Source: an uncultured Prolixibacteraceae bacterium (lineage in GTDB: Bacteria > Bacteroidota > Bacteroidia > Bacteroidales > UBA1556). From it: 32,523 bases of DNA. Where the stretch lies: positions 1 through 32,523 of the forward strand of contig CAYUAN010000249.1 of NCBI GenBank assembly GCA_964442545.1, written 5' to 3'. Under the pieces are notes generated by a model that saw only the letters and a program-made list of their open reading frames with translations, did not search any database and had not been told where the DNA came from. The position numbers and the translations under genes were made by a program. Each line of letters opens with the position of its first letter. Position 1 is the first letter of the stretch. Shown piece by piece: positions 1 through 9,455 of the stretch.

Positions 1-1
1 C

Positions 2-517
2 GCCGGAGGAATTTTGCCGGATGTGCCCCTCGAAAAAGAGGAATGGCCTGTTATTTTAAGCAATTTGCGCAGCCAATACTTAATCTTCGATTTTGCGACA
101 CGCTACGTTTTGACGCACGACAGCATCAAAGACCCGGCGAATTTTGAAATCACCGACGCCCTGTATGAAGAGTTTGTGCACTTTACGAAGGATAAGGATT
201 TTAACTACCGTACTTATACCGATGCCTATTTGGAAAAGCTGGAGAAAAACGCCAAGGAAGATGGATATTACGATGAGCTGAAAATGGATTTGGATGAGAT
301 GAAGGCAAATCTGGACAGTCTGAAACAGCAGGAGATTTACACCTATAAAGAGCTGATTAAAGAGGCGCTGCATACCGAGTTGATTTCGCGGTATTATTAT
401 TTACCCGGAAAAATTTCCGCACAAATAATAGATGATGATGAGGTGAAAGCCGCTCAGCAATTATTGAATAATTCGGCAAAATATCAATCGATTTTACAAG
501 GAAGCGCAAAGGAATAA
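2..517 (+). CDS. 3' end of a CDS truncated by the window edge; possibly the C-terminal region of an S41-family (Ctp/Prc-like) peptidase
   Basis: The frame is open from base 2 (AGGILPDVPL...) to the TAA at 515-517, so the TTG at 14 in the ORF track is probably not a real start. G-G-I-x-P-D at the edge resembles the motif after the catalytic domain of S41 peptidases. The rest is a charged helical tail. The product call rests only on remembered family motifs. Confidence 0.45.
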   Translation, partial: AGGILPDVPLEKEEWPVILSNLRSQYLIFDFATRYVLTHDSIKDPANFEITDALYEEFVHFTKDKDFNYRTYTDAYLEKLEKNAKEDGYYDELKMDLDEMKANLDSLKQQEIYTYKELIKEALHTELISRYYYLPGKISAQIIDDDEVKAAQQLLNNSAKYQSILQGSAKE

Positions 518-579
518 ACGCATACAATAAAGCGCCGGCGACGGAGTTTTTTTAGTGCACAGTGAACGAAACGGAATAA

Positions 580-2127
580 ATGGCAGAACAATACCGTAAA
601 TACATTTTCTTTTTTAGCATAGGCCTGTTAATCATTGGCCTGCCTTTTTCGCGGGCGCTGATTAGCATCGGGGAAGTGGGAATGATTGCCGCCTGGTTGT
701 TCGATAAAAACATTGGCGCTAAATTCAAAAAGTTTCTGCAGTCCAAGGCGGCACTGGCCTTTAGTTCCATTTATTTTATGCACATTATCGGGCTTTTATA
801 CACCTCTAATTTCGATTATGCCCTCTTCGATTTGCGCACCAAACTGCCCCTGCTGGTTTTTCCGATGATATTTGTAAGCAGTCCGCCGCTCACAACGCGC
901 GAAACCCGTAACTTTCTGTTGCTCTTTGCCGCGGCGGCCACCGCTTCCATTTCGTACAGTCTTTTTCTGTATCAGTTTCATCATTATGCCGATTACCGGG
1001 AGGCCTTTCCTTTTATCTCGCATATCCGCCTGAGTCTTGAGGTGCTGATTGCCATGAGTATTATGATGTTTTACGGCCAAAGTTTATATCAGGGAATAGG
1101 GAAATACGGACGCTGGTTGCTGCTCGCTATTCCCTTCTATTTGCTGTGGGCTTTATTTGTGCTGGAACTGATGACCGGAATCCTGATATTCGGAATCGGT
1201 GTTTTTTTGTTTTTAATCAGGTTGATGTTGGCAACAAAAAACAAAAGAGCACCCTGGATTGGGTTTTTTACGGGCCTCATTCTTTTTGGCGGTTTTTTGT
1301 TTTGGGTGAACCGCGTGGTGAAGGAATATCGTACGGCGCCCGCTTATGATTTAGCTGCCCTTGAAAAAACGACGGCTGAAGGCCATCCGTATGAACACAC
1401 ACCGGAACTTTATCAGATTGAAAACGGCCATTATATCGGATTATATATTTGTCGCGAGGAGCTGAGAAGGGAATGGAACAAGCGGAGCAAATTGGATTTT
1501 GACGGCCATGACGAGCGTAATCAGGAATTAAGTATGACTTTGATTCGTTATTTGAATTCCAAAGGTTTGCGCAAGGATGCCGGGGGTGTGCACCAACTTT
1601 CGGATGAGGATATCCGCAATGTGGAAAAAGGAATCGCCAATGCGGAATTTGCCCGGAAGCTGAGTTTGAAAAAAAGGATTTACAAAATGATTTGGGAGTA
1701 CAACCTGTATATGCAGGGAAATCCGGCCTATGGGCATTCCATTGTGCAGCGGATTGTTTTGTGGCAAACGGCGCTGAATATTTTTAAGGAGCATCCGCTA
1801 TTTGGTGTGGGTACGGGCGATGTGTGCGATGCCTTTGAAGTGGAATTTCAAAAAGAGCATTCCATATTTGCCGGCTCGGGTCTGCGTTCGCATAATCAGT
1901 ATTTAAGCTTTGCCGTTACCCTGGGCATTGTCGGACTTTCGGTATTTTTATTCTCACTGATTTATCCGGCCACGGTATTGAAAATGTGGGCCTACACCCC
2001 CTATTTTTATCTGTTTGTGATTATCACCCTATCCATGTTTTGGGAGGATACGATTGAATCCCAGGTTGGGGTAACCATCTATGCCTTTTTCAGCTCCTTT
2101 TACCTGTTTACCCGAAAAAGGATTTGA
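580..2127 (+). CDS. O-antigen ligase / Wzy_C-family polytopic membrane protein
   Basis: 515 aa with many hydrophobic helices and a large hydrophilic loop. This is followed by a GVGTGD...SHNQYLSFAVTLGIVGL segment typical of O-antigen-ligase-like (Wzy_C) proteins. Confidence 0.65.
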   Translation: MAEQYRKYIFFFSIGLLIIGLPFSRALISIGEVGMIAAWLFDKNIGAKFKKFLQSKAALAFSSIYFMHIIGLLYTSNFDYALFDLRTKLPLLVFPMIFVSSPPLTTRETRNFLLLFAAAATASISYSLFLYQFHHYADYREAFPFISHIRLSLEVLIAMSIMMFYGQSLYQGIGKYGRWLLLAIPFYLLWALFVLELMTGILIFGIGVFLFLIRLMLATKNKRAPWIGFFTGLILFGGFLFWVNRVVKEYRTAPAYDLAALEKTTAEGHPYEHTPELYQIENGHYIGLYICREELRREWNKRSKLDFDGHDERNQELSMTLIRYLNSKGLRKDAGGVHQLSDEDIRNVEKGIANAEFARKLSLKKRIYKMIWEYNLYMQGNPAYGHSIVQRIVLWQTALNIFKEHPLFGVGTGDVCDAFEVEFQKEHSIFAGSGLRSHNQYLSFAVTLGIVGLSVFLFSLIYPATVLKMWAYTPYFYLFVIITLSMFWEDTIESQVGVTIYAFFSSFYLFTRKRI

Positions 2128-2200
2128 AATATAACGGGAAGTCACAACTTTATCATCCTCTTTCTTTTAACTGTTGCTCCCTTCCTCCTTCCGAATTTAT

Positions 2201-2208
2201 TACCTTTG
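2201..2208 (+). promoter_or_regulatory. Bacteroidota-type -7 promoter box (TAccTTTG) for the 5'-nucleotidase gene
   Basis: Exact match to the TAnnTTTG consensus, 26 nt upstream of the ATG at 2234. Confidence 0.45.
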
Positions 2209-2233
2209 AGCAATAATTTGAAAACCAAAATTT

Positions 2234-3973
2234 ATGAAGCAATACCTACTCCTTTTCACTGTTTTAGGACTTCTTTTGGGGCTGTATTCTTGCCGGCCGG
2301 CAGCACAACGCCCCGATAAAATCAGTTTTCTAATCGTGGAGAGCACCGATGTGCACGGCAGCTTTTTCCCCTATGATTTGGTGCGCCAACAAAATGCCGG
2401 AGGCAGCCTGGCGCAGGGACAAACATGGCTGCGCGCACAAAGAGCAAAGGACACCGTGGAAATAGTATTGCTGGATAATGGCGACATCATGCAGGGCACG
2501 CCCGTGATTTATTATGCCAATTTTATCGACAGCAGCCGCTCTTATCTGCTGGCCCGCATGATGAATTTCATGCATTATGATGCCGCGAGTGTGGGCAATC
2601 ATGATATTGAAGCCGGCCCCGCTGTGTACGAGCGTTTTCGCAAACAGGCGAACTTTCCGTACCTGGCGGCCAACGCGCTGGATTCCACAAGCAAACAGCC
2701 GCATTTCGAACCCTATACCATTATCCGTCGTCAAGGGGTAAAGATTGCCGTTTTGGGCTTGATTACACCTTCCATTCCCAATTGGCTGCCCGAAAAACTG
2801 TGGCCCGGAATGTATTTTGAAGATATGATTAGCACTGCCCGCCATTGGGTAGGGATTATTCAGGAAAAGGAACAACCCGATCTGATTATCGGCTTGTTTC
2901 ATGCGGGAGTGGATGCCACTTACGGTGGGGCCTCGCCCGACGAGCCCCGCAACGAAAACGCGGCCATGCTGGTGGCCGAGCGGGTTCCCGGCTTCGATAT
3001 TGTTTTCGCGGGCCATGATCATAAGCCGCTCTCGACTTTTGTACGCAATACTGCCGGAGATTCGGTATTGGTATTGAATGCAGGCGGACATGCACATAAT
3101 TTCGCGGTGGCCTCCGTAAATATGGTTTTGGATAAAAATACCAAGGACTACCGTAAGCAACTTAGCGGTCATCTGGAAGATTTGTCCGCTTATCCCGCCG
3201 ATTCGATTTTTATGGTGGCATTTGCTTCCTATTTCGACAGTGTGGAGGCCTATGTAAATCAAAAGGTGGTGGAGCTGGACACCGCCATACGGGCGCATGA
3301 CGCACTATACGGCCCATCGGCTTATGTGGATATGATTCATCGCATTCAGCTGGATTATAGCGGAGCAGATATTTCGTTCGCGGCTCCTTTTTCGACCAAT
3401 GCCGTGCTCGATAAGGGCCCTCTTTATATTCGTGATATGTTTAAACTGTATCGCTACGAAAACTTTTTGTGCACCATGAAACTGAGTGGTGAGGAGGTGC
3501 GCCGCTTTTTGGAATATTCCACCTCGCTATGGTTTGATTCGCTGACTGCCGCTAGCCGCAGTATTCTGTTGCTGCGCAAAGACGCCTCAAAAGACCGTTA
3601 CGGCCTGCCCCTGAAAAACGCCTATTATAATTTTGATTCGGGCGCGGGTATCAAATATACCGTGGACCTGCGAAAAGCACGAGGCCAACGGGTAAAAATT
3701 TTAAGCATGGCCGACGGCAGTGCTTTTGATCCGGAAAAAACCTATACCGTAGTGATGAATTCTTACCGGGCCAATGGCGGAGGCGGACATTTAACCAAAG
3801 GCGCGGGACTGATAAAAGAGGAGATTAAGCAACGCCTGCTGCAATGCAGCGACCGCGATTTCCGGATGATTTTGACGGAATACCTGCAGAAGCATGGACG
3901 TTTTAAGCCGCAGACTTTAAACGCATGGGCCTTGCTGCCGGAGAAACAAATAGAAAAAATGGTACAACAATAA
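2234..3973 (+). CDS. Bifunctional metallophosphatase / 5'-nucleotidase (UshA/CpdB-like), lipoprotein
   Basis: Signal peptide with a lipobox-like LGLYSC. Calcineurin-type metallophosphatase motifs are present (TDVHG, GDxxQG, GNHD, GHDH). The C-terminal 5'-nucleotidase substrate-binding region includes MNSYRANGGGG. Confidence 0.85.
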   Translation: MKQYLLLFTVLGLLLGLYSCRPAAQRPDKISFLIVESTDVHGSFFPYDLVRQQNAGGSLAQGQTWLRAQRAKDTVEIVLLDNGDIMQGTPVIYYANFIDSSRSYLLARMMNFMHYDAASVGNHDIEAGPAVYERFRKQANFPYLAANALDSTSKQPHFEPYTIIRRQGVKIAVLGLITPSIPNWLPEKLWPGMYFEDMISTARHWVGIIQEKEQPDLIIGLFHAGVDATYGGASPDEPRNENAAMLVAERVPGFDIVFAGHDHKPLSTFVRNTAGDSVLVLNAGGHAHNFAVASVNMVLDKNTKDYRKQLSGHLEDLSAYPADSIFMVAFASYFDSVEAYVNQKVVELDTAIRAHDALYGPSAYVDMIHRIQLDYSGADISFAAPFSTNAVLDKGPLYIRDMFKLYRYENFLCTMKLSGEEVRRFLEYSTSLWFDSLTAASRSILLLRKDASKDRYGLPLKNAYYNFDSGAGIKYTVDLRKARGQRVKILSMADGSAFDPEKTYTVVMNSYRANGGGGHLTKGAGLIKEEIKQRLLQCSDRDFRMILTEYLQKHGRFKPQTLNAWALLPEKQIEKMVQQ

Positions 3974-3985
3974 AAAGCAAAAACT

Positions 3986-4792
3986 ATGAAAAGAACAGTA
4001 TTAATTATTATCGCCTTAGCGAGTATTCAGTGGATGATGGCGCAAAAGATAAAGCGCTACGAAATTGAAAGCGGAATTATTGAATACAAAACTTCAACAG
4101 GCCATGGGAGCGCGGTTTCCGAAGGAACGAAGACAATAGCATTTACCGATTTCGGTGCCCGTGAAAGTATTCAGGAAGATTATAATGAAGGAGACAAATC
4201 CGTACACAAATTCTCCCTCTTTAACAATGGGATGGTGTATCTGGTGGATTATGATGACGAAAAGATTTACCAAAAAACCGACCCGCTGGCTATGATGCAC
4301 AAAGAATTTGGTGCTGACATGGGCAATACCGGCAAAGAAATGCTCAAAGCGATGGGTGGAAAGAAAATCGGGAACGAGAAATTTTTGGGCTACGATTGTG
4401 AGCTATGGCAAATTCCCGGAGGCAAGCAATGGATTTATAAAGGCGTATTGCTCAAATCCGAAATAAAGGTGATGGGCGTAACGACTATTGAAGAAGCCGT
4501 GTCGGCTAAATTTAATATACCGGTGAATGAAGAACTGTTTAATCTGCCCGATTTTGAAGTCTTGGATATGACTGCGCCCATGGGGACAATGGACAACATG
4601 ATGGATGTTCCTGTCGAGGATGATTTTTCGCCCGAGGAAGTGGAAATGATGCGCAATATGAGCTTTGAGGAGTTCAAAGTGATGCTCAAGGAAGAAGATC
4701 CGGAGACTTATGAAAGTATTCCTGAGGAGAATCTGCGCATTATGTTTAATGAAATGAAAAAGTGGGCGGAGTCGCATGCCGGCGACAAATAG
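3986..4792 (+). CDS. Secreted hypothetical protein with an acidic C-terminal tail
   Basis: Starts 12 nt after the 5'-nucleotidase stop, so it is probably co-transcribed. It has an N-terminal signal peptide (MKRTVLIIIALASIQWMMAQ). I recognise no family. Confidence 0.6.
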   Translation: MKRTVLIIIALASIQWMMAQKIKRYEIESGIIEYKTSTGHGSAVSEGTKTIAFTDFGARESIQEDYNEGDKSVHKFSLFNNGMVYLVDYDDEKIYQKTDPLAMMHKEFGADMGNTGKEMLKAMGGKKIGNEKFLGYDCELWQIPGGKQWIYKGVLLKSEIKVMGVTTIEEAVSAKFNIPVNEELFNLPDFEVLDMTAPMGTMDNMMDVPVEDDFSPEEVEMMRNMSFEEFKVMLKEEDPETYESIPEENLRIMFNEMKKWAESHAGDK

Positions 4793-4795
4793 TGA

Positions 4796-5668
4796 TTAAG
4801 CGAAACGCTTTAATACACGAACAATCCCGCTTAAATAGCCGCTGCCAAACAGATTCAGGTGTACCAGGGTCGGGTATAAATTGGCGACTTCGACTTGTTC
4901 GGTCCAGTTCGATTCCATTGGGAAAGCCTCATTGTAGTGCTGGTAAAATTCCGGACTGAAGCCGCCGAACATTTTCGTCATTCCGATATCCATAATACGG
5001 TGGCCGTAATAAACGGCGGGGTCGAATATGCAGGCGTTTCCCTGCTCATCCGTCATAAAATTTCCGCTCCATAAATCACCGTGCAGCAGGGCCGGCTTTT
5101 CCTCCGGGAAAATATACTCCACTTTATGAAACAATCGTTCGAATTGGCGGCTGTGCTCCCGGCCTAATAAACCGTTGTCGCGTGCCATGCGTATTTGCGC
5201 CAGCAGACGCTCCTCCACAAAAAAGTCCGCCCAGCCGCTATGCTGCGTATTGCTTTGACGCAGCGAGCCGATATAATTATCAAATGCCAAGCCGAAATGC
5301 GCATTGCTGTTGCGGTGCAATTCGGCCAGGCCGAAAGCGAAAGTGCGCCAGAAATCTTTTGCCGGAGGTGCGCTTTCGATAAATTCAGTCAACAGAAAAG
5401 CATCCTTTTCGCTTTCGCCGCTAAGCAAGGGCTGCGGGATACGTAAAGCGGATTTACCCTGCAATAATTCCAGTGAGCGCGCTTCAATTTCAAACATTGC
5501 CGGATAGCGGCTCGCGCTGTTCCATTTGATAAAAAACTTCCCCTTTTTGCAGAGCATATAAGCGGCTTCATTTATTGAGCCGCCTCCGATAAAACCCGCC
5601 TCATGCGGGCTGTAGTCCGTGCCCAGTCGCGCGACAATCTCTTTACTGATATGTTCCGGAATGCTCAT
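4796..5668 (-). CDS. Fructosamine/ketosamine-3-kinase family protein
   Basis: 290 aa with the kinase catalytic-loop motif LLHGDLWSGNF and the overall pattern of the fructosamine kinase family. It converges on the previous gene with only a 3-nt gap. Confidence 0.8.
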   Translation of the reverse strand: MSIPEHISKEIVARLGTDYSPHEAGFIGGGSINEAAYMLCKKGKFFIKWNSASRYPAMFEIEARSLELLQGKSALRIPQPLLSGESEKDAFLLTEFIESAPPAKDFWRTFAFGLAELHRNSNAHFGLAFDNYIGSLRQSNTQHSGWADFFVEERLLAQIRMARDNGLLGREHSRQFERLFHKVEYIFPEEKPALLHGDLWSGNFMTDEQGNACIFDPAVYYGHRIMDIGMTKMFGGFSPEFYQHYNEAFPMESNWTEQVEVANLYPTLVHLNLFGSGYLSGIVRVLKRFA

Positions 5669-5669
5669 C

Positions 5670-6227
5670 TTAGCTTAGTTTCCACGATTTTAACACCTTA
5701 TATTCGGGACCGTTTTTATGCAAAATGCTTTGATACAAATATACACGGTCTATTTTTATGGGGCCGGAATCAAAATCGCGATAGCGGTCCACCACCGATT
5801 GAAAATATTTACGGCTGTCCAGATGTTTGATGCGCGCGATGGTCAGATGGGGAACGAAATTTTGGCGGTCATACGCAAATCCCGCTCCGCTAAGCGCTTG
5901 CCTGATTTTTTGCTCCGGCTCTTGCAAAGCTTCGGGATTTTCAAGTCCCATCCATAGCACCCGTGCCTGATACCGGCTTCCGAATAAACCCAAATGAGTG
6001 AACCTGAGTTCGATGGCGTGCATGTTAATCAGGCATTGGTCCAGGGTAGTTTCAATCAATTCGATTTGTTTGGCAGGGGTCGGGCCGAAAAATTTCAGGG
6101 TAATATGTAAATTTTTCGCCTCTACCCATTTTATTTTCTGTGCAGTCAGCTCCGATTGTATTGTGCTGATATAGTTTATGATAAATTCATTATCCCGGAA
6201 ACTTACTGCCAGAAAAATCCGTTTCAT
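5670..6227 (-). CDS. thpR: RNA 2',3'-cyclic phosphodiesterase (2H phosphoesterase, LigT/ThpR)
   Basis: Two H-x-T-x motifs (HITLKF and HLTIAR) at the spacing expected for the 2H superfamily. I place the start at the ATG at 6227 (MKRIFLAV...). The longer ORF-track version runs into the divergent tetR promoter and gene. Confidence 0.85.
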   Translation of the reverse strand: MKRIFLAVSFRDNEFIINYISTIQSELTAQKIKWVEAKNLHITLKFFGPTPAKQIELIETTLDQCLINMHAIELRFTHLGLFGSRYQARVLWMGLENPEALQEPEQKIRQALSGAGFAYDRQNFVPHLTIARIKHLDSRKYFQSVVDRYRDFDSGPIKIDRVYLYQSILHKNGPEYKVLKSWKLS

Positions 6228-6248
6228 AGGCCTGTTTTTGTAAACTAT

Positions 6249-6276
6249 GGAAACTTTAATGTCGCTAAAAGTTTCC
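6249..6276. promoter_or_regulatory. Perfect 9-bp inverted repeat (GGAAACTTT-N10-AAAGTTTCC); candidate TetR operator
   Basis: The palindrome sits in the thpR/tetR divergent intergenic region. It ends 17 nt upstream of the -7 box of the efflux operon, over the expected -33 region. Confidence 0.35.
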
Positions 6277-6293
6277 TGAGTTTCGTTTTTATA

Positions 6294-6301
6294 TATCTTT
6301 G
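6294..6301 (+). promoter_or_regulatory. Bacteroidota-type -7 promoter box (TAtcTTTG) for the tetR-efflux operon
   Basis: Exact TAnnTTTG match. Its position argues against the GTG start at 6301 and for the ATG at 6334. Confidence 0.45.
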
Positions 6302-6333
6302 TGTTCTCAAAAGTAGAAAATAAAGACAGTGCT

Positions 6334-6945
6334 ATGGAAGAACAAATACAAGAAATTGTACAAAAGACGGCCAAGCTTTTTCATCGCTACGGAATAAAAA
6401 GTGTGAGCATGGATGATGTGGCCCGTGAATTATCGATTTCGAAAAAGACATTGTACAAGCTGTTCAAGGATAAGGAAGAGTTGGTGGCCAAGGTGCTTGA
6501 TTGCCCGAATCATGATGATTTTAAGGGGTTTCCGCAAGACGATAATCTCAATGCCGTGGAAAAACATATTATGGTGTACGAAACCATCGTGGCATTTCTG
6601 ACCAATCTGAATCCCAGCTTTGAATACGACCTGAAGAAATATTATTCCAAGCTTTATCTCCGCTATATTCAGAAAAGGCGGGACCGGGTATTCGAAAATA
6701 TGCGGCGCGATTTGCTGCAAGGCATCAAAGAGGGGTTTTTCCGTTCCGATATGGATGTGGAAATCATCACGATGATTAATGTAACACGCATCGAGAGTTT
6801 GCAGGGAATGGATGTGTACGAGGTGTTTCAAAGGAGTTTGATTGATGTGGTAAAGGAATTTTTCTCCTATCATTTTCATGGGATTGCCACCGAAAAAGGC
6901 TTGAAAGAATATAAACGATTAATGGAGGAGCGAAATCATGAATAG
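6334..6945 (+). CDS. TetR/AcrR-family transcriptional regulator
   Basis: N-terminal HTH (FHRYGIKSVSMDDVARELSISKKTLYKLFKDKEELV). Its stop overlaps the start of the following TolC-like gene by 8 nt. Confidence 0.85.
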   Translation: MEEQIQEIVQKTAKLFHRYGIKSVSMDDVARELSISKKTLYKLFKDKEELVAKVLDCPNHDDFKGFPQDDNLNAVEKHIMVYETIVAFLTNLNPSFEYDLKKYYSKLYLRYIQKRRDRVFENMRRDLLQGIKEGFFRSDMDVEIITMINVTRIESLQGMDVYEVFQRSLIDVVKEFFSYHFHGIATEKGLKEYKRLMEERNHE

Positions 6946-8290
6946 ACTATTGCTGATTTATTTGTTGAGTTTGTTGGTTTTTCCGCTGACGGCCCAAAAA
7001 ACGTATATCCTGACATTACCTAAAGCCGTTGATTTGGCCTTACAGGAAAACCGGAATATTTTGAATGCCAAGGCCGACATTGCCATAGCCAAGAAAAAGG
7101 TGTGGGAAACCACCGCCATAGGTTTGCCGCAGGTGCGAACCGATATGAAGTTCAACGATATGTTGGATATCCCCGTTACCCTGATGCCGGAAAAGATTTT
7201 CAACCCCAATGCTCCGGAAGATTCTTATATCCCGATGAAGTTCGGGCAACAATATGGCGCGTCCTTTGATTTTTCGGTAAGCCAGTTGTTGTTCAGCGGG
7301 GAATATATCGTTGGTTTGCAGGCTTCGAAAACGTATCAGGAATTATCGCAAAAGGCCTCGCTCAAACAAGAAAATGATGTAATTGAGCTGGTTACAAAAT
7401 CCTATTATGCGGTGCTTTACGCTTACGAAAATGAGAAAGTGCTGCAATCGACCAAGGTGGATATTCAAAAAACATACGACGATTTGGAGAAAACGTATCA
7501 GGCGGGCATGGCGGACGAAACCGATGTCAGCCAATTGGAATTAAACCTGATTACAGTGAATAATTCATTGCTGTCCATTAAAAATCAGATACGGGTAGCG
7601 GAGCAAATTCTGAAATTTCAAATCGGGATTGATGTTAATGATTCCATCGTTTTGCTGGACAGCATACAGGGTTTGTTTGATGCCGCCAATTTGCAGGGCA
7701 TAATGAGCCAGAATTTTGATATGGATAAAAATATCGAATATCAAATGATGCAAACCCAAAAAGAAATTTCAAACTTGAATCTCAAGCGCGAAAGGTCTTT
7801 ATTCCTGCCGTCCCTGTCGGCTTTTTACACCCATCAGGTAAACGGGCAAACCAATGATTTCGGTGATTATTTCGACGGAAGTCAAAAATATTTTCAGTCA
7901 AACATTATTGGGGCGGGCCTGACGTGGAATATTTTCGGCAGCGGCTCCAAAATTGTGCGGGTACAACAGGCCAAGCTGGAGGTGGACAAAATTCGCAATC
8001 AGGAATACATTCTGCAACAGTCGCTTACCTTTCAGGTAAACCAAACACGCACCCAATTACTAAATGCCTACAATACCTATTTGAAAGAGGAAAAGAATAT
8101 CAAACTGGCCAAGCGGATTTACGATCGTTCGCTGGTGAAATTCCAAAACGGAATGATTAGCAGTACAGAACTGACCCAGTTAAACATACAGTACTTTAAT
8201 GCCCAGTCATCATATTATTCGGCGATGATGAATGTGCTGAACGCCAAAGCCGAACTGGATAAAATTTTAGGAAATAATATTACACGTTAA
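6938..8290 (+). CDS. TolC-family outer membrane efflux protein
   Basis: Signal peptide followed by the two-repeat OEP architecture of about 450 aa. It is the first structural gene of an OMP-MFP-RND set. Confidence 0.85.
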   Translation: MNRLLLIYLLSLLVFPLTAQKTYILTLPKAVDLALQENRNILNAKADIAIAKKKVWETTAIGLPQVRTDMKFNDMLDIPVTLMPEKIFNPNAPEDSYIPMKFGQQYGASFDFSVSQLLFSGEYIVGLQASKTYQELSQKASLKQENDVIELVTKSYYAVLYAYENEKVLQSTKVDIQKTYDDLEKTYQAGMADETDVSQLELNLITVNNSLLSIKNQIRVAEQILKFQIGIDVNDSIVLLDSIQGLFDAANLQGIMSQNFDMDKNIEYQMMQTQKEISNLNLKRERSLFLPSLSAFYTHQVNGQTNDFGDYFDGSQKYFQSNIIGAGLTWNIFGSGSKIVRVQQAKLEVDKIRNQEYILQQSLTFQVNQTRTQLLNAYNTYLKEEKNIKLAKRIYDRSLVKFQNGMISSTELTQLNIQYFNAQSSYYSAMMNVLNAKAELDKILGNNITR

Positions 8291-8302
8291 ACAGAGCCGA
8301 TT

Positions 8303-9445
8303 ATGAAAAAATTTGTCATTATACTATTAGCCGTGCTAAGCATATTTGCTTGTAAAAACACAAGTGATGACCCCAAGGCGATACAAGAAGAAATCAATAA
8401 AAAGAAAATGGAAATAATGAAGTTGCAAACCCAAATCCATGATTTGGAGAAGCAGCTGAAAGAGCAAGGAATAAATACGGACGACCGGAGTATTCTTGTA
8501 CGGACGATTACCGTGAAACCGCAGCGCTTTGTTCATAATCTGGATGTTACCGGTAATGTGGAAACGGATCTGGAAGCCTTTATCAGTCCGGAAATCAATG
8601 GGCTGGTGGATAATATTATTGTTCAGGAAGGTGATTTTGTGAAGGCCGGGCAATTGCTGGCCACCATTAATACCGACTTGATTGAAATGAATATTCAAGA
8701 AGTCAGTACCCAATTAAGTTTGGCCAAAACGGTATATAAAAAGCAAAAAGAATTATGGGACCAGAATATCGGGTCGGAGATTCAGTACCTGCAAGCCAAG
8801 ACCAATATGGAGGCTCTGGAAAAAAAGCTGGATGCCCTGAAAACACAGTTGAGCAAAGCGGATATCCGTGCGCCTTTTGAGGGCCATATCGAAAAAATTT
8901 ATCAAAAAGTCGGGGAGATGGGAAATCCGGCCCGCAACTTATTTCATTTGGTAAATCTGAGCAAACTGAAGGTTTCGGCCAATATATCGGAAACCCATTT
9001 GCCCTATATCAAAAAAGGTGATACGGCCACTATTTCATTTGCCATTTATCCCGATCTTGTTTTGCGCGAGCCCATCAGTGTAGTGGGCAGCGTGATAAAT
9101 CCGGCTAACCGGACTTTTGAAATCCAAATCCAAATTCCGAATAAAGACCGCCTGCTCCGTCCGAATATTATCGCCACGGTGCAAATCAGCGACCATGTCT
9201 ATGATTCGGCCATTGTGGTGCCCTCTATTATTGTAAAGAATGATGCCCAGGGAAAGAGCTACGTTTATGTGGCCGGGGAATCGAAGGGTGAAAAGGTGGC
9301 GCAAAAACGCTACATCATCACCGGTTTGAGCTATGGCAATAAAACAATGGTGGTAAATGGCTTGAAGCCGGGTGACCAATTGATTATTCAGGGATATAAT
9401 TTGGTTAAAAACGGCAGTGCAATTCGACTTAAAGAATCAAATTAA
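8303..9445 (+). CDS. Efflux RND transporter periplasmic adaptor (MFP/HlyD family), lipoprotein
   Basis: Lipobox (LSIFAC), a coiled-coil hairpin, a lipoyl-like segment and beta-barrel domains typical of AcrA/HlyD_D23 proteins. Confidence 0.85.
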   Translation: MKKFVIILLAVLSIFACKNTSDDPKAIQEEINKKKMEIMKLQTQIHDLEKQLKEQGINTDDRSILVRTITVKPQRFVHNLDVTGNVETDLEAFISPEINGLVDNIIVQEGDFVKAGQLLATINTDLIEMNIQEVSTQLSLAKTVYKKQKELWDQNIGSEIQYLQAKTNMEALEKKLDALKTQLSKADIRAPFEGHIEKIYQKVGEMGNPARNLFHLVNLSKLKVSANISETHLPYIKKGDTATISFAIYPDLVLREPISVVGSVINPANRTFEIQIQIPNKDRLLRPNIIATVQISDHVYDSAIVVPSIIVKNDAQGKSYVYVAGESKGEKVAQKRYIITGLSYGNKTMVVNGLKPGDQLIIQGYNLVKNGSAIRLKESN

Positions 9446-9455
9446 GACAAGCAGT

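Noticed and set aside
2330-3298. 322-aa minus-strand ORF. Similar long antisense ORFs occur at 13425-14009, 15404-16129, 16363-17232, 19161-19748 and 11787-12248.
   Set aside because: Each one is fully contained antisense to a confidently identified gene (5'-nucleotidase, MltD-like, the SGNH genes, surE, the RND pump). All have odd composition and no motifs, so I treat them as shadow ORFs.
4790-4798. Convergent genes separated by only 3 nt with no terminator hairpin
   Set aside because: I note this as a curiosity, since it allows possible transcriptional interference. Nothing in the sequence indicates a specific element, and tight convergent packing is common in compact genomes.
6228-6374. 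N-terminal extension of the thpR ORF (to 6374), and the GTG start of tetR at 6301
   Set aside because: The extension would overlap the divergent tetR gene and its promoter box and would add a hydrophobic, non-conserved-looking peptide. The ATG at 6227 gives the canonical 2H-phosphoesterase N-terminus. The tetR promoter box at 6294-6301 overlaps the GTG at 6301.
9417-9455. Upstream extension of the RND permease ORF, overlapping the adaptor gene
   Set aside because: The ATG at 9456 follows the adaptor stop (9445) and gives a normal RND N-terminus. The extension is just read-through of the adaptor 3' end in another frame.
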